Shown piece after piece: positions 47,094 to 60,494 of a DNA stretch of 64,000 bases. The notes beneath the pieces were generated by a model. The model was not told where the DNA came from. It saw only the letters and a list, made by a program, of their open reading frames with translations, and did no database searches. The stretch covers positions 17,050,001 to 17,114,000 of the forward strand of contig CM069156.1 in assembly GCA_035221665.1 (NCBI GenBank), given 5' to 3'. The first letter of the stretch is position 1; every line of letters starts with the position of its first letter. The position numbers were made by a program, and so were the translations under genes. Source of the DNA: Okamejei kenojei (Eukaryota).

Positions 47094-47230
47094 CAGGGGT
47101 GGAAGATTGCAACCTTCACGTGGTCCGCCCTGTTTCGACTAATGCAATCAACTCGACGTGCACAAATGGAAGATCAAATAGAACAAGTTGTCCTGCAACT
47201 TAAGGCTGTGCCCGCCACACGAAAGAAGGA
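47094..47230 (+). mobile_element. Short non-autonomous element with an AAG-type tail (possibly Vingi/RTE-mobilised)
   Basis: CpG-containing 135-bp segment ending CACACGAAAGAAGGA, similar to the Vingi tail. Single copy in this window. Confidence 0.3.
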
Positions 47231-48249
47231 GAGTATGTCTGTCTGAAATCTGCCAGCATTGTGCCCACTGCATTCCCTTTCATGTACCATACTTGTAAAC
47301 TCCCAAACCTCAATGAATTTGCCAAGTAAAATTTCCTTTTTGAAATCCATGCCAAGATTTTAATCTCTTCATTGCTTTGACTTGTATTTATATATTTCTT
47401 CTGTTTACCGAATGCACCCTCCTATTTTATTTATTTTAACATCCTTTTCCAACTCCTGTTCCGTTGCCTATATGAGAGTATAATACAGTATTAAACACAA
47501 ATTAAAATGGCAGGTTTTTCCTATCGCAACAATTTGATCTCCTATTACCCAGAATAATCCACTCCCTCTTTAGAAAACTGAACAATATAATGATTAATCT
47601 CCAATCCTCTGGAACACATTGAAATAGGCCTTCAATGCAATTTCAAGCCCCTTTGTACTTTCAGCCCCCAAGGGTGTACAGAACTTCTCATCAGACCCTG
47701 TGATATACTGGCCTAATTAACCCATCTAAAATGCTCCTTTTATCTTTCATGTCTCATATCTTCATCTTCAACATTAGGGATTCTTCTAACATCCTATGCT
47801 TCACTAAAGATTGACACAAATAATTATTAAATGTCCCTCCCATATTTAGATTATTATCCAGCAAAATATTTTTATCCTCTTAGGAATTCCACGTTGCTTT
47901 AAATCTATTATCATTACAGAGAGTCACCGTAAAATGGTGTATAGTTATTTCTAGAATGTCTCTCCACATGGTGGATCCCAGACCTTTGTGATACAGCACG
48001 TAAAATACCTATAATCTGATGATTAAATTTGAGAATACATTTCCAACCAGTAATTAGAAATGATTTTGACTCGTCTTGTATCCGAGAGAGCACAGCTCTC
48101 GTGGAGATATGATCTTTCGTATGATGAGGACCTAACTTCTATCTCAGATGGGTGACAACAATTACACGATCCATCATGGAAATGTGCCTGACCAATATTT
48201 ACTCCGCACTTGACAAACATGAAAGTAGATTGTCTAGTTGTTATCACAT

Positions 48250-48390
48250 TGTTGCAGGTGAAAGCTTGCTGTGCAAATGTTGGCAGCACATTTCCACTTT
48301 ATAATTGTGCCTACACTTCAAAAGTATTTCGTCGACTGCAAAGCATCTCGAGATTAAAGGCTCCATATGGGTCCAAGCCTTTCTTCTTAC
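48250..48390 (+). mobile_element. DeuSINE (SacSINE/AmnSINE-like) 3' remnant
   Basis: CTTGCTGTGCAAATGTTGGCAGCACATTTCC..CTACACTTCAAAAGTA resembles the recalled Deu-domain consensus. Confidence 0.45.
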
Positions 48391-48777
48391 ACGTTTGATT
48401 CTCAATCAGTCCCAGTACATGTGAAGCTCGAGAGAAAAGATGAGCCAAGATTCCAATTCCTTTGATGCCTGCCGGGAATGACACTTGCAGGAACCCCAGT
48501 GATAGAAATAACTTCCCAACTTATACATGAGGATGGATACTATACTAAGATATTGCTGAGCTCTTAGTGCCTAAGGATCCAACACCTCTAAACCCTGTAA
48601 GAGAACACACAGTACTTATGGAAAAATAGACACTGCAGAGACCCAGCATTCACAATATACATGTACCCACTTGCATAGATATAGATGTACACACACATGT
48701 GGTATCCAATACATGCTCGCACATCCATAGCACGAGTCATCACCATATCAAATCACATGTGTGTGAACATATGGAAT

Positions 48778-48910
48778 GTTTAGTTTAGAGATACAGCATG
48801 GAAGCAGGAGGTCCACACCGACCATGGATCAACCATTCACACTTGCTCTATGTTATCCCACTTTCTCATTCACTCCCTACACATTAGGGACAATTTACCT
48901 AGAAACCTGT
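48778..48910 (-). mobile_element. V-SINE tail fragment
   Basis: TTTAGTTTAGAGATACAGCATGGAA..AGGGACAATTTAC. Confidence 0.65.
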
Positions 48911-49324
48911 CGTACATGTGGTAAATATGGCAATTAGCTAAAACATCATGTCAGTCGGCAAGCAAAGTTGATTTAACATGGGAATGACAATCTGTAGGTC
49001 AACAATGTAGTGAAATGTGGCCTCCTGCATATCAGCAAGAGGAAGTGTAAACTCAGCGACTGTTTTCCCTAACATTTGGGATCAGTTCAACAAAGCCTAC
49101 TGGATCTCCCAGTTGCTAACCATTTTTAACTCCTCTTTAATTGTCCTCAAATCACTTCAATTTCCCCTTCCTCATGCCAAAAGCTGTAATTTGAATCAGC
49201 ATATGATGAAATCAATTCCTAGTATCATAGAACATGGAACAGTACAGCACAGGAACACACCCTAGGGCCTATAATGTCTATGATTAGCATGCAACTAATG
49301 TTTACTGTAGCAGCAGGAGAAGGA

Positions 49325-49801
49325 GGGCGACCTAATCCATGAGTTCTGGCAAGTTTGCCCTCGACTCATACTCGCAGCATGGTCGACACGAGGTCGTAGG
49401 AGGTCTTCGTAACTCTCCTTCATGCTCTAGAGTGGTCTCCGCGTACTCAAGGCCTCAGCTAGGTCATGCCGTTTTTTTTCCAACATGTTAAAAAATGCCC
49501 GCGAGTAAAAAATCTATACTTTTTTTACTCGTAGATTTAGTCGTAGTAGGTCGGCATATTAGTGGTAGGTAATCGAGGGTAGTCGAAAGTGGTCATAGAT
49601 AGTCTTCATGATAGTCAAAGGGAGATCGAAGGGAGGTTGAAGGAGATCGAAGGAGGTCGTCTTCACTCTCTACTATTTGGTGTCCAATTTTCCTGAAGTT
49701 AGTCGTAGCTAATCTTCAACGTAGTCGAAGGAGGTCTTCAACATGTCATTTTTTTAAACTCTTCCAAACTCGCCAATTAGGCGCCCAAGTTGGACAGCCC
49801 T
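49325..49801. mobile_element. Non-autonomous Harbinger-type element (same family as 1-213)
   Basis: Ends AAACTCGCCAATTAGG..GTTGGACAGCCCT. The left TIR is partly lost. Confidence 0.7.
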
Positions 49802-49867
49802 TTGAGGAGAGTGAAAGACATCCAGGAAGTCTCATATATCTGCAGATCCCATGTTACATTCCTGCCT

Positions 49868-50665
49868 GAGGTAGACACAAAAAGCTGGAGTAACTCAGCG
49901 GGTCAGGCTGCATCTCTGAAGAAAAAAGATAGGTGACGTTTCGGGTCAAGACCCTTCTTCAGACTGAGAGTCAGGGGAGAGGGAAGCGAGACTTGAAATT
50001 AGAGAAATCAATATTTACATCATTGGGTATTCAGCCCTTGCATTCCTTCTCTCTCCGTCCCTTCCCTCACCCTAGTCGTCCTGCTAGTTGTACTGTTTAT
50101 ATCCCCTCGTAATGATCTCCTCCACAGTCAACCATGGACCATTTTAGGCTCTTTGGCTGTTGGTGCTGGCTCTGATTTGTACTGCACCTTTTCATTCTTC
50201 TGGTTTCCCCTCCCCTGATTCTCTGAAGACATGTCTTGACCCAAAATGCTAGCTATTCCTTTTAGCTTAGTTTAGTTTAGAGATACAGCGCGGAAACAGG
50301 CCCTTTGGCCCACCAAGTCCGCGCTGATCAGCTATCCCCACACTATCCTACACAATTTACACTTGTACACCAAGTATACAAACCAAAGCCAATTAACTTA
50401 CAAACCTGTATGTCCGGCATGTGGGAGGAAACCAAAGATCTCGGAGAAAACACATGCGGTCATGGGAAGAATATACAAACTCAGTACAGACAGTACCCGT
50501 GGTCGGGATCGAACCTGCATCTCTGCCGTGCAAACAGTGTAAGTCTGCAACTCTACAGCTGTGCCACCATGCTGCCCCCATTTTCTCCAGAGATGCTGCC
50601 GGACCTGTTGAGTTACTCTAGCATTTTGTGTCTTTTGCTGGTGTAGAGCAGCATCTGCAGTTCCT
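49868..50665. mobile_element. Penelope remnant with an inverted 5' pLTR, and a 3' pLTR split by a V-SINE
   Basis: Inverted pLTR at 49868-49990 with a hammerhead core at 49932-49965. The plus-strand pLTR at 50222-50262 resumes at 50580-50665. Confidence 0.7.
50263..50578 (-). mobile_element. Full-length V-SINE (HE1-like)
   Basis: Minus strand reads GGGGCAGCATGGTGGCACAGC..GGTTCGATCCCG..V core..(CTAAA)n tail. Confidence 0.85.
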
Positions 50666-50699
50666 CCATGCTGGCCAGTCCCGCGTCCACTTGAATAAA

Positions 50700-51915
50700 T
50701 GTTATTAGCCAAGTATGTATACATACAAGGAATTTGCCTTGGTGCTTTGCTCGCAAATAGATCATGAAAAACAGTTAGACAATTAAATCTAAAACATTTT
50801 AAATGAATCATGTGAAGAATAAAATAAAATACCAGAGCAAAAGGAGGCTACAGACTTTTGGTTATTGAGTAGAGATACTGCTTGTGGAAAAAAAGCTGTT
50901 TTTATGTCTGGCTGTTTTGTAAGTCTGGAGTCACCTCCCAGAGGGAAGTACTTCAAAGAGTTTGTGGCCAGGGTGAGAGGGGTTAGAGATGATCCTACCC
51001 ACTCACTTCCGGGCCATTGCAGTGTACAGTTTGTCAATGTGGGGAGGGTTGCAGCCAGCAACCTTCTTGGCTGACCGAACAATGCGCTGCAGCCTCCAGA
51101 TGTCGTGCTTGGTGGCTGAGCCAAACCAGACCATGATGGAGAAGGCGAGGACAGACTCTATTGTGGCAGTATAAAACTGGACCATCATTGCCTGTGGCAG
51201 ATTGTGTTTTCTCAGCTGCCGCAGGAAGAATGTTTGGCCTTTTTGAGTGTGGAGTCAATGGTCGCTTCCCATTTAAGGTCCCTGGAGATGATGGTTCCAA
51301 GGAACTTAAATGATTCCACATCCAGGTTGTTGCAATGGCACCAGGGTGCCAGGTGTATTATTTCCTGTCTTTAGGCAGATTCCTCCCCATCCCGGATCAG
51401 TCCAATCAGGGTTGTGTCGTCCGCAAACTTGAGAAGCTTGACAGTGGTGTCTGTGGAGGTTCTGTCGTTGGTGTAGAGAGAGTAAAGGAGAGGGGAGAGT
51501 ACACAGCCTTGCGGTGCTCCTATGCTGAGGGCAGGTGGTCTGAGATGTGCTTTCCCAGCCTCACATGCTGATTCCTGTCTGTCAGGAAGTTGGTGATCCA
51601 CTGACAGAGGGGTTCAGGCACAGTCAACTGGGAGAGTTTGGAGTGTAGTAGCTCTGGCACAATGGTGTTGAATGCAGAGCTCAAATCTACAAACAAAATA
51701 CTTGCATAGGTCCCCTGGTGATCTAGGGACTGGAGGATGAAGTGCAGGCCTAGATTAACTATTGGCCCAGTAAGCAAACTGAATGGGGTCCAGCAGGGGG
51801 TTTATGATATTTTTCAGGAGGGCCAGCACAAGTCTTTGAAGGGTTTTGAAGGATTACACACATCAGTGTGACAGGCCTGTAGTGATTTAAACCAGTAATC
51901 CTTGGCTTTTTGTGT
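50700..51915 (-). mobile_element. Rex1/Babar LINE RT pseudogene
   Basis: ILFVDLSSAFNTIVP, WITNFLTDR, GAPQGCVLSPLLYSLYTND, KFADDTTLIGLI and FYTATIESVL. Confidence 0.92.
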
Positions 51916-53277
51916 TACTGGCCTTAATGGTCCTTATCCTTGACAATAATCCCAAAATAGAAGCCAATACAAGATGTACACCTTGACAGGTACCAACTAC
52001 TACTAAAAACATCAGCTAATCATTCCACATGGATGCGTGTAGTGGCTGACTTCAATGTACCTCTGCCTGCCCACACCCTTTTCAAGTGCACTCCCAGCAC
52101 CCACAGTCTGGCTGAAGTAAAGCTGGAGGATTTCAGTGGACGGGTCTGCAGCTGGCAACTATGAGCGATGGCAGACTGACTGGCAGGTGACAGGCAACTA
52201 CAAGGGTTAGAGGTGAGATTACAAATGATGTTGCTCAGAGGGAAGACTGCACATTCATACACCAGGGAGCCACAGCAGGAACCTCCTCTTGTATTTTGCT
52301 GCAGAACCTCATATCTGTAAGCCCATTCGAATCTTGAAGAGATAGTATGAAGAACAGTTTTGTTACACAACATTGAATTAGATTATAACATACAATGTTT
52401 GAGATCCTTCATTTCCGACATGGGGACAGTAATCCCACAATTTTTGCTATGCTCATTTTCTCCACCTTTTCTGAAGCCAGGCTGAAAAGCCTTTTAACGA
52501 GAGCACAATTATGAAACGGTTACAGTTTATTTTGTGTGAAATGCTTGAATGAAAAGAATGCAATTTGCATAATGAGTTTCAATCAGTTTACAATTATCCT
52601 TCGTATGATAGACAATAAATGAACTGTTAGCAAGCTCACTACTATCGAATGGAGGATCTCGATATAATCAGTGAACTAAATGGAAGAAAACTAAATCCTA
52701 TAGGGTTTATATGTTTACTCCATATCTTTCCCTGCGAGTCAAATATTTCTGCTTTTCTCATTCTTCCTGATGCCATCTGCTCTAAACTGATTTATCCAGA
52801 GACAAACAGCTGGATTACATTTCTCCTGCAACACGCAGTGCCGCAGACTGATTAACTGTGCTGGAAATCAAAGCTATCATCTTGAATCAGACTCTTCCAC
52901 CTTGCTATCGGACCCATTGATCCACGTTGTTTGTTCAGCTAAATTCCTTCTGGGCTTTTAAATGAAAACAATTCTTGTATAAGAGGTGCAAACCAATTAC
53001 TCTCAATGTCTCCCCATAGTCCCATATGTAACATTGTATTTAAGACTATACACCCCTGGCTCCTGGATCACCAGTGTTTCAATTAACTTGGCTCAAACAT
53101 CATATCTCACTACACATGAATACTAAATCACCAGGGGTTAAAACTAAATCTGAATTCAATATATGAATTTATCCAAAATCTCATCCAAGGTGACAAGGTA
53201 AAAATCTGAAATTTCAGAGGATTTGATCTACTGTGTCAGATTTACCACCAGTCAGTGAGGATAAAAGTCTGGAGTCT

Positions 53278-55465
53278 CAAGGAACTACAGATGTTGGAAT
53301 CTTGAGTAAAACGCATAGTTCTGGAGGAACTCAACGGGCCAGGCAGCATCTGTGGAGGGAATGAACATGAAGGCTCGGGACCCCTCTTCAGACTGGACGA
53401 TCATTTAGCGGAACACCTTCACTCAGCCCGCCTGAACCAACGATCTCCCAGTTGCTGCATACTTTAATTCTCCGTCCCATTCCTACACAGACCTTTCTGT
53501 CCTCGGTCTCCTCCATTGTCAGAGTGAGGCTAAACGCAAAAATTGGAGGAACAGCATCTCATATTTCACTTGGGCAGCTTACAGCTTACAGTGGTATGAA
53601 TATTGATTTCTCTCACTTCAGGTAGCCCTGGCATTCCCTCTCTCTCTCTCCCACCCACCGCTAGTTCGCTTCTCATTTTCACAAACAGCTTACAATGGCC
53701 TTTCCTTTATGATCGTTACTTTTTTGCATATCTTTCATTCATTGTTCTTGATCTCTCCACATCACCGTCTTTGTCTCTCGTTTCCCTTATCACTGACCAG
53801 TCTGAAGAAGCGTCTCGACCCGAAATGTCACCCACTCCTTCATATTTAAAGTGGTTCAGAGAGCAAGACAGAGTCAGAGAGAATTGTGTCAACTCCAGAC
53901 AGATTTGCAGTAACTGCTCCTTCTGTAGTCGATAGGGGTGGACATGAGGGAGGAACTTGAAGGGCTGGCAAGCTCAGCTCTTTACCTCCAAATCCTCCAA
54001 GATCATCTTCCGATCCAGGATCCGCCACGTGGAGCAGGATAAGATGTGCTCACACTTCTACGCTTCTTCTTCCATAAGGTTCACAGGGGAGCTCTGTGAT
54101 CAACAGCCTTAGGGAGGAGGACGTCTCGGTAACATCCTTACGGACGGACATCTGAGGATCTGCAGATCCTTTTATACGGGTTTGTATGACAGAAAGGCCA
54201 CAGGCAGCACTGCCTCCCAGAACTTCCTGGAAGAAGAAGTCAGAAGAATTTAGTCCTCAGGTGTGAGGTGCTCTCGGGACTTGGAGCCAGTGTGGCCTGT
54301 CCCTCCCTCCTTCCTACGCCACAGGGGTCACCCAGGCCATCTTCCGCTTCATCTGGGGGTCGAGGATGGACCGGATGTGGCGGGCCATAATGTATAAGTC
54401 GGCAGACAACGGGGGTAAAAGCGTGCCCAACGTCACCCTCACACTGATGGCCACCTTCGTGTGTGGCTGCATCGGGTGGAGTGTACAGCCAAGGCACGTG
54501 GGCACCAAATGTTACTACTTGCTGAGGTTTTTCCTGTCCCCCATGTTGCGAAGGATGGGCCTAGATGCAGATGCCACACAATGTGCCAGTCAGCTGGACA
54601 TTGCCGCACCCTCTGTCATTCGTGGAAAGGTTCTTCGAGACCAACACCTTTGACCACGTCCATCGGGCAGTGGTCGGCACGGAACATCCTGCAGACACTG
54701 CAGGGAAATAGCTCCATGGATCCTGTGGCATGGTTCCCAGAGGAGACTGCCCAGCTTGTCTGGCGAAATGCCTCATCGCCAGAATTCACCAACAAGCACC
54801 AAAACCTGGCTTGGCTGACGGTGAGCTCTCCCAGTCAGATCCTCCCTGCACCGTCGGTAGCTCACTACCAGCGCACGCTGCCCTCGGGTTGGCTGCTATG
54901 GAGAGGAGACAGTTGACCAACTCTTCGCAGAGTGTGGATTTGCAAAGAGAGTCTGGAGACGTTTGCAAGGGTCCCTGTCACAGCTTTGTCGACCTCCCAG
55001 CGGAACAAGATGTCCGCTGGGGAATGTTGCCGACTGGCCCGTTGCAGATTACAGGAGTGCATGCTGAGGGACGCACTGAAGCTTGGTGCAGCCAACGCCA
55101 AGGCTCTGAGGGGGAGGACCACAGTCTAGGATCCTTCCTCTGCTGGACAAGGGGGGGGGGGGGGGGGCAGGGTGTGGTGGAGACGCCCCTCAAAAATAAG
55201 GGAAGGGATTCCTCGCCAGTGGGCCACATGAGCGGCAAGGGTGGGGGGTAAAATTGTGTAAACAGTTTTGAATGTATGTATAGCCTCCGAGAATGTCGGA
55301 TGGAGTTTTGTAAGGATCATATATTGTATATATTTATTTCTCAAATAAAATACATTTTGAAATTTAAAAAGAATTCCTGCTCTCCAGAGATGCTGCCTGG
55401 CCCGCTGAGTTACTCCAGTTTTTTTGTGTCGGTTTAAACCAGCATCTGCAGTTCCTTCTTACACA
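53278..55465 (+). mobile_element. Penelope 3' remnant with an inverted 5' pLTR; its 3' pLTR is split by the insertion at 53842-55372
   Basis: LAEHLHS..FNSPSHS..DLSVLGLLHCQSEAKRK. The pLTR at 53797-53841 resumes at 55373-55465. Confidence 0.8.
53950..55372 (+). mobile_element. Tx1/L1-clade LINE relic with an internal deletion spanning the RT domain
   Basis: Linker IIFRSRIRHVEQD..FFFHK..INSLREED is joined near 54235 to C-terminal AIFRFIWGS..MYKS..GG.SVPN. AATAAAA and an A-rich end. Confidence 0.75.
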
Positions 55466-56038
55466 TAGAAGTCTGCCCTCCTTGCTTCTGTGAAGGAGCA
55501 CAGGAAGTAACTTCTTGAGCAATGAAAGAAAAATACTTCTAATCTTTTCTATTTTTCAATTACCTCTATCATAGCATCATATAATCCCTGCTTTTGATCT
55601 TATGTCAGCATTAAAATCAAATGTGTTGATTAACCATGTTTGGAGAATAGATCTGTGGAATCCCCGCTGGAATCTCTGACAAAACCTTGAATGAAGTGAG
55701 CTGTTGCCGGGTGCAATTCAGAAGTCCTTCATCACTGTGAGATTGATGATAATCATTATTCAATTGCACTCACTGTCATGAATTTGTTAAATTAGCCTAT
55801 CATCTTTATCTATATGGATGTCTGAGCAATTTGTTGAGTTCAATAGGAGTACTTTTGTAGATTAATTCCAGTATCTGAATTTCAGCTCGTAGCATACACT
55901 CATCCCTCAACTGAATAAAAGCAGCCCCCCCAAGTAAATTATAGGATTACCAATGTTGTAATGGGACAAAGTTCATGGAACTTTCAAGTTCAAACTAAGC
56001 TACTGATCCCATCTTCAAACAATTAAAAAATCATAAAA

Positions 56039-56352
56039 GGGGTGGCACGGTGGTAGAGTTGCTGCCTTACCGCACTTGCAGCGCAGGAGACCTGGGTTCG
56101 ATCCTGACTACGGGTTCCGTATGTACGGCGTTTGTACATTCTCCCCATGACCGCGTGGGTTTTCTCAGAGATCTTCGGTTTCCTCCCATACTCACAAGAC
56201 ATACAGGTTTGTAGATTAATTAGCTTGGTATAAATTAAAAATTGCCCCTAGTGCGTGTAGGATGGTGTTAATGTTGGGGAATCGCTGGTCAGCACGGACA
56301 CGGTGGGCCAAAGGGCCTGTTTCCGTGTTTTATCTCCAAACTAAACTAAACT
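56039..56352 (+). mobile_element. Full-length tRNA-derived V-SINE (HE1-like)
   Basis: A-box region GGCACGGTGG, B-box GGTTCGATCC, V core GGTTTCCTCCCA and a CR1-like tail GGGCCTGTTTCCGTG..(CTAAA)n. Confidence 0.88.
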
Positions 56353-56774
56353 ACAGATGCAGATGCTTGATGCTAAAATAAAAACAAAACATTCTGGAAC
56401 AGGTGGCATCTGTAAAGAGAGACATTGAGGTAAGGTAGGTAATCCCCTTTAGGGATAAACTCTGATGAAATTGGTAATATTTCATCAACTTGAAATATTA
56501 ACTGTTTCTTTGATTGCAGATATTTTTTGATCCGCTGAATAATATCAGCGTTTTTGAGTTTTAATTTTCAAAAAACGATTTGGAATTTTGAAGAAACAAT
56601 ACCTTAGTAAAAGAGATTTCTGCTATTCAGCAAATCAGGCATGGCATCTCTGAATTAAGTATGTGTTTTTTTTATTTCAGCAATACATCATGCAACCTTA
56701 ACAGTTTGTCCAAAGGAGCTAAGGGAATTCAATGTTCACGCTGCTGGGTTGTAAGTTACTGCCGAGTCTACGCT

Positions 56775-57445
56775 TGTTTAGTTTAGTTTTGTTTATTATT
56801 GTCACGTGTACAGCTACGTGTTATCCAGTCAGCGGATGGACTATACGTAATTACAATCGTCAGTCACAGTGTAAAGGGAATAACATTTAGCGTAAGTCCT
56901 GTAAAGTCTAATTAAAGATAGAACAAGATTCTCCAATGAGGTAGATGGCAGATCAGGACCACTCTCCAGTTGGTGATAGGATGGTTCAGTTGCCTGATAG
57001 CAGCTGGGAAGAAACTGTCCCTGACTCTGGAGGGGTGCGTTTTCACACTTCTGTACTTTTTGCCTGATGGGAGAGGGGAGAAGAGGGAGTGACCGGTGCG
57101 AGACTCAACCTTGATTATTCTGATGGCTTCACCGAGGCAGGGTGAAGTGTAGACTTCCAATGGAGTCAATGGAAGGGAGGTTGGTTTGCGTGACGGTCTG
57201 GGCTGCGTCCATAACTCTGCAATTTCTGACGCATTTGGATGGAGCTGTTCCCAAGCCATGTTGTGATGCATCCTGATAAAATGCTTTCTACGGCGCATCT
57301 GTAGAAGTTGGAGAGAGTTGTTGGGGACATGATGAACTTCCTAAGCCTTCTTGGGAAGCAGAGGAGCTGGTGTGTTTTTTTTTTATGCCTGGTCCAGGAT
57401 AAGTTGCTGCTTGAAGACTTCAACCAGCTCTACTTCAGAGTCATC
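56775..57445 (-). mobile_element. Rex1/Babar 3' part
   Basis: RRLRKF..LSNFYRCAVESILSGCITTW and LFSPLPSGKKYRS..DSFFP.AIRQLN. Confidence 0.88.
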
Positions 57446-59789
57446 AATGTATACTGGGGTATGTGTATCACTTTGCATCGATCCCTCCGTGGTCAATAGC
57501 TGTGGTACTAATGAAGCCCAACTGTTGTAGGCTATGTTTAAATTATGATTGCATGAACATACTGCCCCCGCCCTTCCGATAACAAGAAGTGAGGGATTGG
57601 AAGTTGCTATTGCTGATGCTTTCGCGGGTGGCTACAGTGCAACGAGTACACAGGTAGAAAAATAAGTTGTTGTGGTGGTGGATGAGTGATAATGATAGTC
57701 AAGTGGGTTGTTTTGTCAATGAATGCTGGTCAGATTGTCTATTGTTGGAGCTGGTTATTGATTGGCGCTTACATTGTGTAAATGCTATTTCTCTGAATAT
57801 TGAATGCAGAATCAGGGATAAAATCAGAGATTCAGGAGACATTTACCACTTTCATTTCAGATTTTCAGCATCTACCTTTTCTGCATTTAGATCGTTATTT
57901 GAGAAATCGCTCATGGAACGGAACAGTGTAATGTTCAGGCTCACTTTTAACAGTGGAGAAATACGCTGTTGAAAATGGTTGGACTTTAGGACACTATCTA
58001 CAATTGCAAGAAACTTGACAACGTATAACCATCCTAGGATAAAGCATTGCAAATAAATGCATGTGATGAGATAGGCACAGAATTTAATTTTGAGAGGTAT
58101 TTGGTAATTATTAACCTTGGTCTTGATATATTTACTCCAACTTCAAAATAATTTTTGGCTCAATATTTCCCTATGCAGTTCTCCACTTGTTATTCAGGAA
58201 ATTATTTTTATTATCATTCCACGCTTCTTTCTCCCTTTAGCTGCAGGTAATTTTGAAAAAGGTTGCAAAAGGTTTTATTAATTTTCATCTTCAAAAAAAA
58301 AATCTCAACAATAATAATGTCAGGCACGAGACACTAAAGAGGCTGGAATCTTGAGTGAAAAACAAACTGCTGGAAGGACTCAGCAAGGTTGGCAGCATTC
58401 ATGGAACAAAATGGACAAATTACGTTTCAGTCAGGATGGATGGGGATAGTAACCAAAGCTAGATATAATAAGTGGAGAAACCAAAAGGGTACAGATTGTG
58501 TAATCTCATTAGGAAGGAAGATGGGGAGAGAAATGTAGAACCCAAGGGAGGGATGGTGGATTAATGGGATTAGGGGCAGAGGAGAGAGGGACATACAGGA
58601 CCTGGAGTTGGGAAGGGTTGAATGGGAGATAAGTGAATAAAGGAGAAAAAAAAGAACTAGATCAGCACATTCTGGAATAAATAAAACAAATATAGAAAGT
58701 CAATGATTGCTTCTGAATAAATCAGAGCTTGATGTTGACAATGCATTGTTAGCGTAAGTTGCTCTTCTGAATGTATTGCTCCTGGCCTTGATTCCCCCCT
58801 TTTGGGTATCAAAACCCCAGACCCATTGTGTTCCTCTTCTCTAAAGTGTCACTGTTGAGTTAGCTGACTTTGTGAGTAAGTAATAGAACCATGAACATGA
58901 AGTAGCTCAAGCCTTGCTCCTGCTATTCATTCACTTGTCCACACACATGGGCACTGTCCTGCAAATAATTGTTACGTAAGTAAGTAAGTTTATTGGCCAA
59001 GTATTCACATACAAGGAATTTGCCTTGGTGCTCCGCCCACAACATGGCATACAATGACAGTCACGAATGACTCGGAAAACTCTAAACATTAATAATAATA
59101 AAACATTAATGATAAAACACCATTGATCAAGCATGTGAACCAACAAATAACAGATGATGTTACACATCATCTATCCCAACATTCGGCACTCCTAACATTT
59201 TTTAGAGTTCCTTATTGTTTCATTAGTTTTGTTGTAACCCAGTCAAGTTGTATTTGGTAACATAATTGTACTTCACTAGGCTATTATATATTTCACACTG
59301 TGAGGAACAAAATCTGAACACTGCATTGCAGATTTTGAACTGCTTAGTTATTACAAATACACTCACTTTTATTTATGAACAGACAAGTGCAGTAAAAGTC
59401 AAATAATTCAGCACTCTTTGGACTTTGCTGGTGCTAGACTAAGAGATTGTTGGATGTAACTCCTAGTTATTGGACGTTACACCTAGTTATACCGCATCAC
59501 ACTTTTATTTCACTTTCTTTTATATGTTTCACAGCAGTATTATAAATTTTCCAGTAATCTCTAAGAATTTAAAGAGAGCAGGAAAGACACAACACACTCC
59601 GTAGCTCAGTTCCAACCACATTCACAACCCCCTGGAGCTCCAGAACCCGTCCACGGTTCCAGCCCACAGAATTGACCCTGGCCCTGCCACACTCCACACC
59701 ATGCTTGGATCTGCTCCCCTGGACTGGACTAAGGAGTGAACCAGATGTTAAACCAAAAGGTTTTGGTTTAATTAATCTGAATAATTGGA

Positions 59790-60412
59790 GTGGTGCAGCT
59801 GGTAAAACCACTGTCTCACAGCACCACAGGTCCGGGCTCATTCTTGACCTTGTGCGCTGTCTGTGTGGGGTTTGCCCATTATCCCGGTGACAGTGGGTGC
59901 TCTGATTTCCTCCCACATCCCAAAGAAATTGGTTAATTAGAGTCATAGAGTGATACAGTGTGGAAACAGGCCCTTCAGCCCAACTTGCCCACACCAGCCA
60001 ACATGTCCCAGCTACACTCGTCCCACCAGCCTGCACTTGGTCTATATCCCTCCAAACTTGTCCTATCCATGTACCTGTCTAATTGTTTCTTAAACATTGG
60101 GATAGTCCCAGCCTCAACTACCACCTCTGGCAGCTTGTTCCATGCACCACCACCCTTTGTGTGAAAAAGTTACCCTTCTGATTCCTATTAAATCATTTCC
60201 CCTTCACCTTGAACCTCTGTCCTCTGGTCCTTGATTCCCTTACTCTGGGCAATAGATTCTGTGCATCTACCCGATCCATCCCACAATTGGCCTCTGTAAA
60301 TCAGTGTGTAAGGAGTGGATGAGAATATACAACTATTGTTTATTATTGATAGATTGTTGCGTGGGTTTGACGGGGTGAAGGGCCTGTTTCCTTGCTGTAT
60401 CTCTAAAACTTA
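59790..60412 (+). mobile_element. V-SINE split by a minus-strand CR1 3' end (~59940-60280)
   Basis: SINE core ends TTGGTTAATT and resumes AATTGGCCTCTGTAAA..AAGGGCCTGTTTCC. Confidence 0.7.
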
Positions 60413-60494
60413 AATACGAAATGGATTCTGGATCATTGCAACTTTGTAGTACTCTGGGAGGTCCTTTAGTCTTCCAGAGCACCAATAACACAAC

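Noticed and set aside
52555-52576. Ig VH promoter (CTCAT-T-ATGCAAAT on the minus strand)
   Set aside because: No leader or V exon lies downstream.
56039-56115. tRNA gene
   Set aside because: A/B boxes are present but continue into the SINE body and tail, and no full cloverleaf is evident.
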